Source: Octopus vulgaris
Lineage: Eukaryota
Direction: 5' to 3'
Assembly: GCA_951406725.2 (NCBI GenBank)
Contig: OX597833.1
Span: 41,912,001-41,976,000 of the forward strand
Length of the DNA stretch: 64,000 bases
Under the pieces are notes generated by a model. The model had not been told where the DNA came from, made no database searches, and saw only the letters and a program-made list of their open reading frames with translations. Numbering within the stretch: the stretch's first letter is position 1; every line of letters begins with the position of its first letter. Both the position numbers and the translations under genes were made by a program. Shown in pieces: positions 61,215-64,000 of this stretch.

Positions 61215-61886
61215 CCCTTTGTTTCTCTTCGGTCCATGCATCAAATATAACATATTCCCAATTTTTTTCAACACCAGAATAATTTGGAGCTTATGAAAGA
61301 AAATGAGACTGTATGAAATAAGGGCTAACTGAAAGTTTGAAAACAATTATAGCTGTTTAGGACAAACTTATGAGAATGCTTTGGACAGGCAAAGGGTTAA
61401 CCTTTAGTATTCAGATTATTTTGTCATATGTAATGATTATTTATTCACGTTGTTTTGAATTAATCATGCATTATCTTGTAGCTTTGAGAGTTCAATGACA
61501 TTTCAATGAAATTGTAGAGTAGGCCAGATCAGGCCAGTTTGTGGGAGACCAGATCTAACATTGTGGGAGGCCAGATCTGACATTGTGGGAGGCCAGATCT
61601 GACACTGTGGGAGGCCAGATCTGACACTGTGGGAGGCCAGATCTGACATTGTGGGAGGCCAGATCTGACATTGTGGGAAGCCAGATCTGACATTGTGGGA
61701 GGCCAGATCTGACATTGTGGGAGGCCAGATCTGACATTGTGGGAGGCCAGATCTGACATTGTGGGAGGCCAGATCTGACACTGTGGGAGGCCAGATCTGA
61801 CATTATGGGAGGCCAGGTCTGGCCAGTTTCAACATAAAACAGGTTAAATATTTTGGCCTGATATAGCCAGTTTGAATACTAGGGGT
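61215..61886. mobile_element. Two abutting piggyBac-like MITEs sharing one TTAA (61397-61400)
   Basis: TTAA|CCCTTTG...CAAAGGG|TTAA|CCTTTAGTATTCA...TGAATACTAGGGG-TTTAA. Confidence 0.75.
61538..61822. repeat. 22-bp minisatellite, ~13 copies of TTGTGGGAGGCCAGATCTGACA
   Basis: Direct periodicity; lies inside the second MITE. Confidence 0.96.
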
Positions 61887-62294
61887 TTAAAAGGTTAATG
61901 AAGGGAAATGTTAATGTAGGGAGGTCTAGTTGAAGAAAAGGTACAGTAAAGAAGGTATGCTAAAGTGAGCATGTTGGGTTGTAAACAGTGTGATATTATG
62001 GTAGTGTAGTTGAGGTGTAGCAGTGTAGTGATGTGTAGTAGAGCAGTTGTGCAGTGTTGTAGTGACATTGTGGTGTAATAGTAGTGCACTATAGTGTGAA
62101 GGCATGTGGCTGAGTGGTGTGATGTTGCACTCACAGTAATGAGATCATGGTTTTGATTCCCAGACCATGTAGTGTATCATATTCTTGAGTGAAAGGATTT
62201 CCTCTCACATTGCTCTGCAATCACTTTGACATCTAACATGTGGCATACCATGCAGCTGTTCACATAATGTCAATTGAATGGAGGGGCATAGTGT

Positions 62295-62850
62295 ATCATC
62301 ATCATCATCATCATCGTTTAACGTCCGTTTTCCATGCTAGCATGGGTTGGACGGTTCAACTGGGGTCTGGGAAGCCAGAAGGCTGCGCCAGGCCCAGTCT
62401 GATCTGGCGGTGTTTCTACGGCTGGATGCCCTTCCTAACGCCAACCACTCCGTGAGTGTAGTGGGTGCTTTTTACGTGCCACCTGCACAGGTGCCAGACG
62501 AGGCTGGCAAACAGCCACGATCGGATGGTGCCTTTTATGTGCCACCGTTATGGGGGCCAGACGAGGCTGGCAACGGCCACAATTGGATGGTGCATTTTAC
62601 TTGTCACTGGCACGGAGGCTAGTCAGGGTGGCGCTGGCAATGGCCACGTTCGGATGGTTCTCTTACGTGCTATCGGCACTGGTATCACAGCTACAATTTC
62701 CATTGATGTTGATCGATTTCGATTTCGATTTTCATTTTCACTTGCCTCAACAGGTCTTTACAAGTAGGGTTTGTGTCACAAGAAGGAAAGGTATGCATAA
62801 GTGGGCTGGCTACGTCCCAGGTAGAGGCCATAGAGTTGGCACTCTCAACG
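62295..62850 (-). mobile_element. RTE 3' UTR, longest copy, with four internal tandem modules
   Basis: (CAT)n tail, four GGTGCTTTTTACGTGCCACC-like modules and further upstream UTR. Confidence 0.85.
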
Positions 62851-63114
62851 TTGGTACACTAGTGTATGTAGTAGTAATATACAAGTGAAGTGATGCAGTG
62901 ACAGTATGTTGCACAAGTGCGGAAACAAAATTTCCTAAAGGTTTGCGAGCATAGGTACAAATTTTTTACAAACAAGGTCAATTTTTTCAATCTTCATATC
63001 AAAACAAACACAGATATAATAATGATAATTATTATATTTGTACATTAATCAAATCAGATAAATCCAATAATGGAAAAGTAATGTTTTAAATCAGTCCAAA
63101 AATATTTCTTATAT

Positions 63115-63138
63115 CTTTCTGTGGCGCAATCGGTTAGT

Positions 63139-63181
<43 letters not shown>

Positions 63182-63188
63182 ATGGACG
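63115..63188 (+). tRNA. trnN-GTT: tRNA-Asn(GTT), probably a pseudogene (damaged acceptor stem)
   Basis: TGGCGCAATCGGTTAGTGCGTTCGGCTGTTAACCGAAAGGTTGGTGGTTCAAGCCCACC matches metazoan tRNA-Asn. The acceptor stem CTTTCTG/CATGGAC has two mismatches and two G:U pairs. Confidence 0.85.
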
Positions 63189-63207
63189 ATGAGTGATATT
63201 ATTTTAT

Positions 63208-63587
63208 AGGCGTGGGAGTGGCTGTGTGATAAGTAGCTTGCTTACCAACCACATGGTTCCAGGTTCAGTCCCACTGCGTGGCACCTTGGGCAAGTGTCTT
63301 CTACTATAGCCTCGGGCCGACCAATGCCTTGTGAGTGGATTTGGTAGACGGAAGCTGAAAGAAGCCTGTCATATATATGTATGTGTGTGTGTCTGTGTTT
63401 GTCCCCCCAACATCACTTGACAACCGATTCTGGTGTGTTTACGTCCCTGTAACTTAGCAGTTTGGCAAAAGAGACCGATAGAATAAGTACTAGGCTTATA
63501 AAGAATAAGTCCTGGGGTCGATTTGCTTGACTAAAGGCAGTGCTCCAGCATGGCCACAGTCAAATGACTAAAACAAGTAAAAGAGTA
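63208..63587 (+). mobile_element. SINE family B, full length, 20 bp downstream of the tRNA
   Basis: Near-consensus. Confidence 0.92.
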
Positions 63588-64000
63588 ACTAACCTGAATG
63601 CTTAGCAGTGTATTATAACACTGGTACTGCATGTGGTGTCTATGTTCATATTCAAGGTACTTGACTCCCAATGGTTGAGTCTACCATCAAGTCCTGAGTT
63701 ATGTAGTACAGCAGAAGGTATATAACTTTCTGCACTAGTTAGTGGCAACACTGTAGAATTGAGGAGTGAGTGTTTTGTGGGCCACACTATCAAATTCATA
63801 TCTTCCCAAAAGAAAAGCTACCAGCAATAGATCAGAAAAACGACTGTACTCTAAAAGCCACAGACTAGGTAATTTATTAAATATTCAAAGTGACCTGCAA
63901 AGCCACCTGTCCAGTTGGAGATTTGTATTGCATCCCTTTAATGCTATAAATACTGGAAGTGAAGCTTTGGTCATATTTCTCCTTATGATTCAGAAAAATG

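Noticed and set aside
61503-61803. Repetitive ORFs MSDLASHNVRSGLPQCQIWPPT
   Set aside because: Translation of the 22-bp minisatellite inside a MITE.

Overview
AT-rich, repeat-saturated animal genomic DNA. The tRNA-derived SINE families and dense (TA)n/(CA)n tracts look like octopus (coleoid cephalopod) DNA; this is inference. No long intact protein-coding ORF is present, and almost every ORF in the track is a microsatellite, minisatellite or TE artefact. Recognisable content: (1) a CpG-retaining, nearly repeat-free probable divergent promoter at ~49.2-52.4 kb. A minus-strand multi-exon transcript appears to start here (clear splice signals at 50923 and 49498-49607, uORF-rich leader, further candidate exons down to ~6 kb), and there is a plus-strand donor at 52111. 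(2) A complete but decayed Chapaev3 (CMC superfamily) DNA transposon at 46184-48962. (3) A complete decayed mariner at 56132-57359. (4) Gypsy, RTE, CR1-like, Penelope, Tc1 and Helitron remnants, plus Merlin-like, piggyBac-like, hAT-like and Tc1/mariner-like MITEs. (5) Dozens of SINEs from three families. (6) A tRNA-Asn(GTT) probable pseudogene. (7) Three tandem arrays, the most striking a 25-unit array at 37.8-41.0 kb of a constant 68-bp module separated by variable (GT)-rich spacers. Degenerate minimal hammerhead ribozymes occur in Penelope-type ends. All calls are by eye; no database searches were run, and boundaries of old repeats are approximate.
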